Under the pieces are notes generated by a model that was not told the DNA's origin, made no database searches, and saw only the letters and a program-made list of their open reading frames with translations. From the sequence record MW879341.1: DNA of 64,000 nt; one strand, 5' to 3'. Position numbers and translations under genes: made by a program. Each line of letters starts with the position of its first letter. The first letter of the stretch is position 1. This document shows positions 48,509 through 57,861 of this stretch, one piece after another.

Positions 48509-49177
48509 ATGGATGAATTTTCATTAGAGGCATGGACACTAAAAAGAACATTCCGCTATACGCTGATTTGTCAATGCATTATCGACGGCTTACAGCAAGT
48601 GGAAGGGACTTCAAAGGACGAAACCGTAGCTAAGTACCTGTCTCGCATTTCTAAGCGTGACTACACAGACGTTGACGTTCGTCTGATTATGGGTGCTGCC
48701 TCTAACGTGCAAGAGCGCGAGGCGTTAGAGAAAATGTCAACCTATCTTGGCGCTATTAACCGTACTGACATTAACGGTTCAATTGAGGCTGGGGTAGCTA
48801 AAGGACTCAACCCACTCTGGCTGGGCCTGGTTGCTGAATACTACCGTGATATGAATAAGTATTACGCTGAGTGTGAAGCTCTGCTCGTCAGTTATAAGCA
48901 GATGTTAGACTCCCTGCCGGATTTACCGGAAGGTTCTGATCTAACTGAAGTTGTTGGATGGTTCAGTAACCCAGAGCAGCCGGAAGCTGTGACGAAGTTT
49001 ATTGATGATATCCAACGTCACTTTGAAATGGTACCCGGTGCATTTATCGTACCCAGTGCGTCAATCTGGCCACTGAGTAAATACATTGTAGTCCGTACCC
49101 TCGATACACCAGACGGCACTGTTGTTACAATTGTTACCCATAAGGGACTGTTGTCACTCAATGCTGTCCCTAACTAA
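48509..49177 (+). CDS. Hypothetical protein (222 aa)
   Basis: Coupled to the upstream gene; N-terminal SLE-A. Confidence 0.65.
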   Translation: MDEFSLEAWTLKRTFRYTLICQCIIDGLQQVEGTSKDETVAKYLSRISKRDYTDVDVRLIMGAASNVQEREALEKMSTYLGAINRTDINGSIEAGVAKGLNPLWLGLVAEYYRDMNKYYAECEALLVSYKQMLDSLPDLPEGSDLTEVVGWFSNPEQPEAVTKFIDDIQRHFEMVPGAFIVPSASIWPLSKYIVVRTLDTPDGTVVTIVTHKGLLSLNAVPN

Positions 49178-49185
49178 CAGGAGGA

Positions 49186-49830
49186 ATGATGAGAAAGTTA
49201 GTATTTATGCTAGCATCTCTCCTACTACTTTACGGTTGTACAGTTCCCGTCTCGGCAGATGTAAGTAAGGTAGCCGATTACTACGGTACACCAATCACTG
49301 AGTTGTATGAGTCTATGCCAGCAAATAAACGCATACAGCTTACTGGTGAGTACGATAAAGATAAGCCGATCTTTATGTTGGTCTACCCGACGTATTTAGC
49401 TGACGCAGCCGCAGCAGAGCGTGAAGGGTCCACGGTGCGCAATATCTTCATTGATAACTACGCTCGCCGTGCTACACGTTTGCTTACTGATGAAAACCTC
49501 CCCGTCTTTAAAGACATGTTGAAACGAAATACATTGCTCGCCCACACCGAACAAACGGAGCATCACCTGCAAGTAGGTTATTGTAAGGATAGTGGGATAC
49601 TTTCGTCAGGGGACTATTTCTATTGCTTTGAATACGAAGGCAACATCTATAGGGTAATCGATAAGGTGGACTTCTTAGATAAGGAGACACACCAGATCAG
49701 ACGCGCCTGGGTGTACATGTTTTTCAAAGAGGGTAAGTTTGACGATTTCTTTAGGCCGGGTCCGTATGGGGTTATTCCAAAACCTCGCATCAGCGGTTAC
49801 GGGTTCGAACCTAGGATCTTTATCAACTGA
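49186..49830 (+). CDS. Lipoprotein
   Basis: MMRKLVFMLASLLLLYG-C lipobox; AGGAGG RBS. Confidence 0.72.
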   Translation: MMRKLVFMLASLLLLYGCTVPVSADVSKVADYYGTPITELYESMPANKRIQLTGEYDKDKPIFMLVYPTYLADAAAAEREGSTVRNIFIDNYARRATRLLTDENLPVFKDMLKRNTLLAHTEQTEHHLQVGYCKDSGILSSGDYFYCFEYEGNIYRVIDKVDFLDKETHQIRRAWVYMFFKEGKFDDFFRPGPYGVIPKPRISGYGFEPRIFIN

Positions 49831-49833
49831 TCA

Positions 49834-49870
49834 CAGTAGCTGCCTTCACGGGCAGCTACTGCTTTATGCC
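49834..49870 (+). terminator. Hairpin + TTTATGCC terminator
   Basis: cagtagctgcc-ttcacg-ggcagctactg-cTTTATGCC. Confidence 0.75.
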
Positions 49871-49882
49871 CTCAATCTAAAG

Positions 49883-49904
49883 TCAGATATATATTACCTC
49901 TATG
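49883..49904 (+). promoter_or_regulatory. Phage early-type promoter
   Basis: TCAGATATATATTACCTCTATG contains the exact TATATTAC. Confidence 0.72.
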
Positions 49905-49936
49905 CAACTAACCTTGCATAACTAAGGAATACAAAT

Positions 49937-50812
49937 ATGTCTAGACAAAGAAATCCAGCTGATGATTACCTAAAGATTCATAAACTCAATGGTCGTAGTG
50001 ACTTCATAGGGAGACTGCATGCAAAACTAAGTTGGGGATGGCCGATTTACACAAAAGAGGGAATGGACGTTGTAACGCTCTCTAACGCACAGGAACGGTC
50101 TTTTGACCTGAGGGTGGGTGATTGGGTAGTTGTGTGGAATAATCGTCTCTGGTTTCCATACACGTCCTATAAAGAGGTCGGTGTGTCCACTACCTTCGCT
50201 AAGTTTAAAGTTGGCGAACATATTCACTCAATGTTGTCAGTTGATGATCCTAAATCCAAAGATCACCTCTTTACTACAGTGAGTGCGGTATGGGCACATT
50301 CGTTGGTTGAGTCTAACATTCGACCAGTGAGTTCCGATAAACAAAGAAAGGCATTCGCCCGTTGGATTGGTGACAGTCCAATTAGAGCAAGAATGCCGTT
50401 GACTGCACTGACTGCATGTAAGACAGATGTCATCGATAGCTTCATTAACCACTTTAACGAGCATGAGAATGAGCGTTATTTGGTTACGGGCTACAGCAGT
50501 CTCGGTGATTTCGAGATTCAGATACGTTTGGCCTTCGCACACCTCCGTACAAACACGGTACTGCGTTATTTATGGAATAAGCATAGATACTGCGGTCTAC
50601 AGTACAAAACGCTCTACAGGTCGATTGGAGCACTGTATAGCGATTCACTCTGTGTCGTGTCAGTACCGAGAGTCTCAAGGGAAGCTACCCAAGCAGAGGA
50701 TTTCTTCGCTAGCGTATTCCCTGAAGATGTCCTGGGTATTAAAATCACTAAGCCGTTACATGTGTGTATTCGCACAGGTTGCATTAGTGAGTTGAGTGGG
50801 ACTGTGATTTGA
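49937..50812 (+). CDS. Hypothetical basic protein (291 aa)
   Basis: TAAGGAATAC leader. Confidence 0.65.
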   Translation: MSRQRNPADDYLKIHKLNGRSDFIGRLHAKLSWGWPIYTKEGMDVVTLSNAQERSFDLRVGDWVVVWNNRLWFPYTSYKEVGVSTTFAKFKVGEHIHSMLSVDDPKSKDHLFTTVSAVWAHSLVESNIRPVSSDKQRKAFARWIGDSPIRARMPLTALTACKTDVIDSFINHFNEHENERYLVTGYSSLGDFEIQIRLAFAHLRTNTVLRYLWNKHRYCGLQYKTLYRSIGALYSDSLCVVSVPRVSREATQAEDFFASVFPEDVLGIKITKPLHVCIRTGCISELSGTVI

Positions 50813-50909
50813 TAGTGTAGTGGGTGATGCTTGTGTGTCGCCCACAGCTGCGGTAATTAAAAACAGACCTGTGTAATGTAGTGTCAATGTTAACTGTTGG
50901 AGCATTACC

Positions 50910-51830
50910 ATGCGCTATGGTGAGGAACTACGACTTCGTTTATCTATGTTGGAAGAACAGATAAACACCTTTATGAATCTTTCGGGTGCATTCTCTCAGA
51001 TGTTCCCAACCATGAACAACCCGATGTACTCTAGCATGGACGGTATGCGTGCTCGTGTGAGTGGTATGCGTGCCGAGCTGTTGGAGCATGAGTTCAATTT
51101 CGGTAGTGCTATACACGAGAACTACCTTGACGATTACAGTATGATCCGTAAGTTAAAGGAGATTACTAAAGATGACTCTATCGAGTTATCTGAAATCGTC
51201 TGGATGGGAGAAGTGGAACCGAAACAGCGGATTAGTGATGGAACTCTGACGGCACTAGCTCACCGCACGTTGTGGGTGCTTGATGGTGCTATCGAGTTCT
51301 CTCTCCCTGCTGTGGAGTTCAAATACCACCCGCTGTACGGAATTGAACAAGAAAGCGTTATGTCTATTCCGTCGATGTCGGTTGAGCATCGCCACCGTGC
51401 GGCCCGTGGCGTTATCCCACGTATCGGCATCAACGACTTCATCGATGTACTCAACAAACACACCGGTCTCACCTTAACCTATGAGGAATGGGTGGCAGAT
51501 GAGGAACAGAGTGTTCGTGACGATTGGATGCGTTGTGCTCCGAAATCGTTATCTGCTATTCGCCATGCGGTGTTCGATCGGTACAAGGATTTCGAGTACA
51601 GTAGCGATACGGAAAAGCGTGACTTCTTCCGTAAGTGCGACTACGTCAATAATGACATGTGTCGCACACTGAGCGGTTGGCCTACCTCGAAACATGTGGA
51701 CGCCTACAATAGAGCGCGTGAGTCTTATCGTCGCTACTATTTCAAACTAAAAGAAATTGGCTTGGAGGAACTCTGGGCAGATGTTGAAATCACCGAGCCA
51801 CCTACACAGGAAACTAATGATGCGTCTTGA
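50910..51830 (+). CDS. Hypothetical protein (306 aa)
   Basis: GGAG RBS. Confidence 0.7.
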   Translation: MRYGEELRLRLSMLEEQINTFMNLSGAFSQMFPTMNNPMYSSMDGMRARVSGMRAELLEHEFNFGSAIHENYLDDYSMIRKLKEITKDDSIELSEIVWMGEVEPKQRISDGTLTALAHRTLWVLDGAIEFSLPAVEFKYHPLYGIEQESVMSIPSMSVEHRHRAARGVIPRIGINDFIDVLNKHTGLTLTYEEWVADEEQSVRDDWMRCAPKSLSAIRHAVFDRYKDFEYSSDTEKRDFFRKCDYVNNDMCRTLSGWPTSKHVDAYNRARESYRRYYFKLKEIGLEELWADVEITEPPTQETNDAS

Positions 51831-52230
51831 AACCTTTGAAAACATCCTGCACCGTAAGCGTGTAGATCGTGTGACTGAGGCGGTTGAGTTTATGGATGAG
51901 TTTGTACGTAAAGGTACAGACCCTGAGAAGCTCAAAGAGATCAGCTATGCGTTCACTACCCGCTATCGTAACAACATCGTCGTCAATGGTGCTCTGGTGC
52001 CGGCTGTGGCGAAGTCGTTTAAAGCGCAGGGCTATGAGTTGTCCACGGTTAAGGTTAGCGGAACTATCTGCTATGCCACCGTGAACATCCACGGCGATGA
52101 CGTTGTGGTGTATCGCGACGAACGCGCTGCCCGCATGTTGGCTAAGCGTTATCTCGATAACAAACTCAGTGGCTACCATCCGTGGGTTCAGAAAGTACTG
52201 ACTCCCCTGATTAGTAAGTTACTTGGGTAA
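51817..52230 (+). CDS. Hypothetical protein
   Basis: AGGA RBS then ATG 51817/51820. Confidence 0.65.
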   Translation: MMRLETFENILHRKRVDRVTEAVEFMDEFVRKGTDPEKLKEISYAFTTRYRNNIVVNGALVPAVAKSFKAQGYELSTVKVSGTICYATVNIHGDDVVVYRDERAARMLAKRYLDNKLSGYHPWVQKVLTPLISKLLG

Positions 52231-52238
52231 TTTACACT

Positions 52239-52268
52239 GGTAGGACTTCGGTCCTACCTTTTATGCCG
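52239..52268 (+). terminator. cUUCGg hairpin + TTTTATGCCG terminator
   Basis: GGTAGGAC-TTCG-GTCCTACC-TTTTATGCCG. Confidence 0.78.
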
Positions 52269-52309
52269 TTTCATCATTTTTTCAGATATATATCACATTC
52301 ATGAATAAA
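52266..52309 (+). promoter_or_regulatory. Extended early-type promoter, copy 1
   Basis: CCGTTTCATCATTTTTTCAGATATATATCACATTCATGAATAAA. Confidence 0.7.
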
Positions 52310-52331
52310 CAAACAAAATGGAGTAACCACC

Positions 52332-52550
52332 ATGCTTAAATCTAGCTCAGAGTTCTTCGGGTTCTTTGTTGCTCTGTATGCAGCCTACTGTGCTCAGGAT
52401 GCTGCGAACGACTCAATGGAAGTAGGTGAATCTGAAGTTAGTACCCAGGCTCGTGTGTTAGTGCGTCTGGTTGTTGCATCCGTCACATTTGCTGGTTGTG
52501 CGGCTGTAGTAAAAGGTTTCAACGATTACCTGTTCGGTAACGATCAGTAA
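52332..52550 (+). CDS. Small two-helix membrane protein (72 aa)
   Basis: Two hydrophobic segments; GGAG RBS. Confidence 0.7.
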   Translation: MLKSSSEFFGFFVALYAAYCAQDAANDSMEVGESEVSTQARVLVRLVVASVTFAGCAAVVKGFNDYLFGNDQ

Positions 52551-52583
52551 TATACTCTCACTCATTTATTAAGGAATACCATT

Positions 52584-53063
52584 ATGTCAATCTCTAAAGA
52601 AACTATCTTCACCGCAGTTGGCGTTGTTGCTCTGTTAGGTCTGGGTGCTTGGATCGGTTGTAAAGTTGCTGAGAAAGTAAACGAAGTGATCAAAGAACCA
52701 GAAGCAAAGGACGAAACACCTGAAGCAGCGCCAGTTGTCAACTATGCTGACATCTTCGCCGTAGTGTGGGGCACAGTGTCATTCGAAGAAGCGCTGTGTG
52801 CTGATACTGAGGACGGCATGAGTCCTGACCTGTATGGTGCATTACTGGATGTTGTCTTAGATTACATCCACAATGCAGATCTGTCTGATCGCCATAACCG
52901 TAAACACTTCCCGTTCTTAGATTCCGTTGAGAATGTCGAAGTGCGTACTCGCCTGAAAGAAATTGCAGGCAAAGCGATCAACGTTATCTACAGGGATAAC
53001 AGTGACGTCGATAGTCTGAAGGCGGTAACGCTGGACGATATCAAAAACGCATTAGCGTCATAA
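52584..53063 (+). CDS. N-terminally membrane-anchored acidic protein (159 aa)
   Basis: IFTAVGVVALLGLGAWIG TM; TAAGGAATACC leader. Confidence 0.72.
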   Translation: MSISKETIFTAVGVVALLGLGAWIGCKVAEKVNEVIKEPEAKDETPEAAPVVNYADIFAVVWGTVSFEEALCADTEDGMSPDLYGALLDVVLDYIHNADLSDRHNRKHFPFLDSVENVEVRTRLKEIAGKAINVIYRDNSDVDSLKAVTLDDIKNALAS

Positions 53064-53106
53064 CAGCATAAAAGCCACTCTACCCAAAAGGTAGAGTGGC
53101 TATGCT
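53064..53106. terminator. Bidirectional terminator
   Basis: CAGCATAAA-agccactctacc-caaaa-ggtagagtggct-ATGCT between convergent genes. Confidence 0.78.
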
Positions 53107-53115
53107 TACGCCTTT

Positions 53116-53439
53116 TTATTTTTGTTCTGGTACATTGAACTGAATAATCAGGAGTCCTTCCAGAGCAGTACAACTACCGCTCAGTTGGATTTGAATCAGG
53201 TTGGTGTAGTTAGAGTTAGACAGCATCGTCGAATGGTTAGCACCACTGTAGACTACCGTCGCACCCAGTAAACTATATTCACCTTCCACGCCCAAACGCC
53301 AGTCGTCACCAGTAGTCTTACGAATGATCTCAAAGAGTTCGCGAGGTACTGCTGCTTCTGGGTCGGCTTTCACCTTCAACAGTTCAGCGTAATCAGCTGA
53401 GAAGTCGAAGGGGTATGCGTACACATATGCTGGATACAT
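53116..53439 (-). CDS. Stand-alone C-terminal domain of the paralogous virion-protein family (107 aa)
   Basis: YAYPFDF, LLGATVVYSG and ALEGLLIIQFN match only the C-terminal half of the array members. Confidence 0.68.
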   Translation of the reverse strand: MYPAYVYAYPFDFSADYAELLKVKADPEAAVPRELFEIIRKTTGDDWRLGVEGEYSLLGATVVYSGANHSTMLSNSNYTNLIQIQLSGSCTALEGLLIIQFNVPEQK

Positions 53440-53445
53440 TATCTA

Positions 53446-54354
53446 TTACCCCGGGATGACTTCGTCGTCTTTTGGCGGAATCGTCAAATCGAACGGTTCG
53501 TTGAAGTGCAGCATTAACAGACCGCGCATTTTCACACTGTCTTTAGACAGCTGAATCGCAACCACGTACTTGTAAGTAGGGTTACCGGCAATGGCAGATG
53601 AGTTCAGTGCTGCGTAAGTGATCTTCGCACCTGAGAGGCTGTAGTCGCCAGCAGCCATAGAGAATGCAGGGTTAACATATTTCTTCAGGATGTCGCAGAT
53701 TGACTGGTCTACCTCGGATTTAACCGTCAGCTTAGACAGGGTAGCAAATTCCGGCGTGAAGCTAATCGGATAAGTCGCTACGTAAGCCTGTTGAGCTGTA
53801 AGATCTGCCGATGGGTAGACGAAGCCCGACAGATCAACTTTCTTTACTGTGTCGGTAGCAACATAGCCAGTCAGTGAACATTTGAAATCAAAGCCCACAT
53901 TAAACTGGTAGTTGTCTGCGATTGGGTCGACACGGATGGTAAAGGTGCTGCCGTCATCTGGGGTAGTTACGTCACCCTCGATGATTTCGTTAGGCGACAA
54001 GCCCATACCATAGTAAATGTTGATGAACGGGACCAGCTGTGACTTTTTGGTGATCTTAGGGATAGCCATCACCGAGTCTTTACCACCCTTACGGACAGAG
54101 ACATACGTTTCAAACTTCTCGCGATTATACAGCAAGTAGTTAGAACCGCCGTAGGCCACACCGTCGATACCAGTTACACGGATAGCAGTATCTTTGGTAG
54201 TGGCAGAACCACGCCAAGTGCCAGTCAGTGAAGCTGGGCGTGATACTGTTACATTGGTATCGGGAACCATGGTTGGAGAAATACCATTCAGTGAAGAATA
54301 GTTAACCAACAGTCGACGGATGAAGGACTCGCCCCAATAGTTACGTCTTAACAT
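53446..54354 (-). CDS. Paralogous virion/tail-associated protein, array member (302 aa)
   Basis: YGGSNYLLYNR; LSGFVYP; GLLMLHFN. Confidence 0.72.
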   Translation of the reverse strand: MLRRNYWGESFIRRLLVNYSSLNGISPTMVPDTNVTVSRPASLTGTWRGSATTKDTAIRVTGIDGVAYGGSNYLLYNREKFETYVSVRKGGKDSVMAIPKITKKSQLVPFINIYYGMGLSPNEIIEGDVTTPDDGSTFTIRVDPIADNYQFNVGFDFKCSLTGYVATDTVKKVDLSGFVYPSADLTAQQAYVATYPISFTPEFATLSKLTVKSEVDQSICDILKKYVNPAFSMAAGDYSLSGAKITYAALNSSAIAGNPTYKYVVAIQLSKDSVKMRGLLMLHFNEPFDLTIPPKDDEVIPG

Positions 54355-54366
54355 TTAAGGCTCTCC

Positions 54367-55263
54367 TTATGCGTTATACGGCAGGAACAACTGAATACCA
54401 CCACGGCCCGCTGAAGCGGCGTTAGCGCAATAAGTAGCATTCAGGTTGATAACTGCCATTGCGTTCGTGTCGTTGTAGTAGACATCTGCGGGGTCTGCGC
54501 CTGCCGGTGTGTTATTAAGAGACAGGTTAGCGTTGTAGATGTTGAACGAACGATTAGACGTGTTGTTATATTCCCACGGATCTCCCGTGAAATCACGCAA
54601 CGCGGCTGCAAGTGCCGACCACGAAGCTGAGCTGTTCTGACTGTATACGGTCATCAGAGAAGGCTTGATAATCGTGAAGTCTAAGCCGCGATAGTAGGTG
54701 GTAAAGTCGTGTCGCGGGTCAACGGGTGGTACCAAGTTTGCCAGGGTAGATTCCTGACGAGATACCATCGTTTCAAGACTCGGCGTACCACGGAACCACT
54801 GCACCGACGGAATCTTACCAATGAACGCCAAACTGGCTGTGTTGGATGGAATACCCAACACGCTGGTTTGCGTCCAGCCCGTATAGTTGGCGTTGTTGTT
54901 AAAGTTACCGTTCGTCCACTCCGATGCGTCAATCGACATACCGTACAGCGAGTTAAACAGTGAGCGGAGAGCTTCGTACGTGGTAGCGGTATAATGAGTA
55001 AGGACAACTTTAGTATCCTTAAACAGATTCGCCAGGTCGATACGGTTGTAGCGGAAAGTAATCAGTCCGCGATAACCGGCACCCTGCACACCACGCATCA
55101 CTACGGAGGTGTTGAACGGCGCTGCCTCGGTTGGAGTCAGTACCGTTGGACCTGCGTGAACCACAAAGGTGTCTTTCGACACCTTGTAGGGCAGATCAGG
55201 GTTGTCCTTATTAATCAGATCATACAGCAGATCTAAGGACGGTTTCTGATATAAGCCAGACAT
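54367..55263 (-). CDS. Paralogous virion/tail-associated protein, array member (298 aa)
   Basis: GYRGLITFRYNRIDL; YYRGLDF. Confidence 0.72.
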   Translation of the reverse strand: MSGLYQKPSLDLLYDLINKDNPDLPYKVSKDTFVVHAGPTVLTPTEAAPFNTSVVMRGVQGAGYRGLITFRYNRIDLANLFKDTKVVLTHYTATTYEALRSLFNSLYGMSIDASEWTNGNFNNNANYTGWTQTSVLGIPSNTASLAFIGKIPSVQWFRGTPSLETMVSRQESTLANLVPPVDPRHDFTTYYRGLDFTIIKPSLMTVYSQNSSASWSALAAALRDFTGDPWEYNNTSNRSFNIYNANLSLNNTPAGADPADVYYNDTNAMAVINLNATYCANAASAGRGGIQLFLPYNA

Positions 55264-55277
55264 TAAGTCTACCTCTC

Positions 55278-56120
55278 TTAACGGTTGTTGTAGTGGTAGT
55301 AAGCCACACCGACGATGTTGTCAGCGACGATACCGGTCTGGACAAACACACGGTCGTAATCGCGGTTTGCACCGGCTACGCTGGCCGTGGTTGCATCAGA
55401 GATATAGTTACTGTTCGCAGCACGCGGGTAGTCTGGTACACCACGGTCGGTCAGAATCTGACGGAGCGAATCCCAGTTGTTACTGTAGTTCGCCCAGCTA
55501 CCGAAGTAGTTCTTGTAGTCACTGAAGTCGATACCCCAGGTCAACAGGCCGGCAGAGTTCAGGTCATCCACTTTCTTATCGGCGTGATTCAACACGGTCA
55601 ATGCGGTGGCGGTGATCTGAATACCCAGGTCTGGTTTACCACGATATACGCGCAGATTGACTGCTCCGATATATGCCGGTGAGGTCGGAACTGCGGTGAT
55701 ATTTGAGTTCTCGATTCGGTCTGCCTGACTAGGGTAGCTGAAGCCATTGTTCTGAATATCCCAGGTATTCAGATTCAGACCAACTTGCAGACAGATCTGT
55801 GGTAGCATCTGGTGGATGTTACGTCCGGCATAGTTCTGCAACTGAACGTAGTTGTTCAGACCGTTCAGAGTATCGCTTGGCAGGATAACCTTGGACAGAT
55901 CGATACGGTTGTAGAACACCACAAACGAACCCATGTATCCGTCACCCTGCTGACCACGAATACGCGCTGAGGTATTATGCATACCGTTCGCAGCGTTAGG
56001 CGTCACCGCAGTGATCGCCTCAATCGTACAGTTGTCGTTAGACAGGGGTGGTTGGATCTGGGGGTTAGCTGCCGCAATCAGGTCATAGACCAGAGCACGG
56101 GAGTCCTTACTGTATAACAT
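55278..56120 (-). CDS. Paralogous virion/tail-associated protein, array member (280 aa)
   Basis: GYMGSFVVFYNRIDL; GVAYYHYN. Confidence 0.72.
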   Translation of the reverse strand: MLYSKDSRALVYDLIAAANPQIQPPLSNDNCTIEAITAVTPNAANGMHNTSARIRGQQGDGYMGSFVVFYNRIDLSKVILPSDTLNGLNNYVQLQNYAGRNIHQMLPQICLQVGLNLNTWDIQNNGFSYPSQADRIENSNITAVPTSPAYIGAVNLRVYRGKPDLGIQITATALTVLNHADKKVDDLNSAGLLTWGIDFSDYKNYFGSWANYSNNWDSLRQILTDRGVPDYPRAANSNYISDATTASVAGANRDYDRVFVQTGIVADNIVGVAYYHYNNR

Positions 56121-56130
56121 AACTTACCCC

Positions 56131-57012
56131 TTAACCGATTTCAGACGGGTCGAGTGGTTTGCTGTAGTGCAACAGCATCTCACCACGAACGTTGGTGGTT
56201 TTGGTCGTATCGAGTGTCAGCGCGATAACGTACTGATAACGCTCGTTGTTGGCGTACTGGCGATCCTTAGCAGGACCGTTGTAAGCTACAGTAGCGTTAG
56301 TCAGGTTAGCCGGACCGGCCGCCAGACTGTCACCGATAACCCACGGGTTAGCAACTGACGCGTACGGCTGTTTACCATTGATGATGGCCAGGAGTGAGTC
56401 ATCCAGCTTCGCACCCACTGCAATACCTTTAAGGGTATCGTAGGAATCGCTGAAGTCAGCACCATAGACCAGCGCCTGTCCGAGACGAACAGTGGTGTCT
56501 TCAGATACTGGGTAGACGATACCATCCAGTGAGGTTTTCTGAACGATGTCGTCCAGTACATCATCACCTTTGGTCAGGAAGAAGGTCCACTCACCAATCC
56601 AACCCAGCGAATCCGGTGCAGCTTTCAGAGTAACCTGAGCTACCTCGTTTTCATAGGTAATCGGTTGGTCAACGATGTCACCCGGTACGAAGTTCAAACC
56701 GTATACGGTATTGAACGCCGATGCCAACTTGGCAGTGGTGTCGGGTTGAGGACCTTTGATACGATCGCCGATCATGGTAACCAGGTCGTTGAGGTCCAGA
56801 CGGTTATAAAGGAATACGTTGGTACCAGTCCAGGTAGCACCGGCATTAGCAGTGATACGGATAGCAGTATTCTGACTGATATCCTTACCGTTCCACTTGC
56901 CATTCGTCGGCTGAGGCTTACTGAACGTCATTTGGGACATGACAACGTTCGATCCATTTAAGGAGTTAACGTTATCAATGATAGTTTGTTTAACGTCACT
57001 ATAGAGTGCCAT
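56131..57012 (-). CDS. Paralogous virion/tail-associated protein, array member (293 aa)
   Basis: WTGTNVFLYNRLDL; LDGIVYP; GEMLLHYS. Confidence 0.72.
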   Translation of the reverse strand: MALYSDVKQTIIDNVNSLNGSNVVMSQMTFSKPQPTNGKWNGKDISQNTAIRITANAGATWTGTNVFLYNRLDLNDLVTMIGDRIKGPQPDTTAKLASAFNTVYGLNFVPGDIVDQPITYENEVAQVTLKAAPDSLGWIGEWTFFLTKGDDVLDDIVQKTSLDGIVYPVSEDTTVRLGQALVYGADFSDSYDTLKGIAVGAKLDDSLLAIINGKQPYASVANPWVIGDSLAAGPANLTNATVAYNGPAKDRQYANNERYQYVIALTLDTTKTTNVRGEMLLHYSKPLDPSEIG

Positions 57013-57021
57013 TAGTCAACC

Positions 57022-57819
57022 TCATAAGTAATAATGCAGATAGATCGTGCCGACATAATTCGGATCATCGACCCCGGTGATAGTCGAAACGCGCGCGTAT
57101 TTCTTATTAGCGGTGGTCACTTGCGAGGTATTCGTAAAGTGAGTTAACTGCGCACCACTAAGTTTGATATCTCCTAAACCACGCTCTTTCAGTATCTGAC
57201 GTAACGCAGCATTATTAGCATTGTTAGTCAACACGCCCGCCGGAGTTGTGCGGATAGCGTATTGGTCAGAACTGCAATCCCAACCGTAGGTCAGGAGATC
57301 AAGGCACTTACGTCCGTCTGGGTCTTGAGGGTGTTTAAGCACCGTCAATTGACGCGCACGCAGGAGAGCCAGGTTACGAACCATTGGGATAATCTTAACC
57401 AATACACGCCCTGTGTACTGAATGGACTTCGACCCAGGCGTTAACCAGAAATTCGTACCACCCGTATACACGTCGGTGCGGAAATCGTTGGGGTCTAAGT
57501 TCAAACCGTAGTTGGCATTGATCAGTTGAGACGCCTCACGCATTGTCATACTTCGGTTAACCGATAAGACAGGCGGTTGGTTCTTAAAGAGCGTTTGTAA
57601 ATCCAGTCGGCGCACGTTGACGTTGATATCACCAACCAAACCATGCGATTGTCTACCAGTCAAGGTTACAGTCGTATTCGGTTTAGTGGCACTACGTTCA
57701 TTGAGTGCTGTGACTTTACGGACGCGTACGTTGTTCGGGGTCAGTGGAATCTTTGGATTGTACGCAGTGTTGATACTATCGCAAAGGTTCTCCAGCGGCG
57801 TTTTAGAATAAATAGGCAT
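57022..57819 (-). CDS. Paralogous virion/tail-associated protein, array member (265 aa)
   Basis: GLVGDINVNVRRLDL; GTIYLHYY. Confidence 0.72.
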   Translation of the reverse strand: MPIYSKTPLENLCDSINTAYNPKIPLTPNNVRVRKVTALNERSATKPNTTVTLTGRQSHGLVGDINVNVRRLDLQTLFKNQPPVLSVNRSMTMREASQLINANYGLNLDPNDFRTDVYTGGTNFWLTPGSKSIQYTGRVLVKIIPMVRNLALLRARQLTVLKHPQDPDGRKCLDLLTYGWDCSSDQYAIRTTPAGVLTNNANNAALRQILKERGLGDIKLSGAQLTHFTNTSQVTTANKKYARVSTITGVDDPNYVGTIYLHYYL

Positions 57820-57833
57820 TCGTTACCCCTTTA

Positions 57834-57855
57834 GTGGGGAGCTTTCACTCCCCAC
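57834..57855 (-). terminator. Hairpin inside the array (partial terminator or processing stem)
   Basis: gtggggag-ctttca-ctccccac between 57862 and 57819. Confidence 0.45.
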
Positions 57856-57861
57856 CGCTGA

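Noticed and set aside
52584-52670. Lipobox in the 159-aa protein (AWIG-C)
   Set aside because: Trp at position -3 is non-canonical; better explained as an uncleaved signal anchor.
53116-54354. Read-through fusion of the 107-aa C-domain ORF to the upstream array member
   Set aside because: The ORFs are in frame but separated by two consecutive stops (TAA TAG), and the upstream protein already has its own C-domain.
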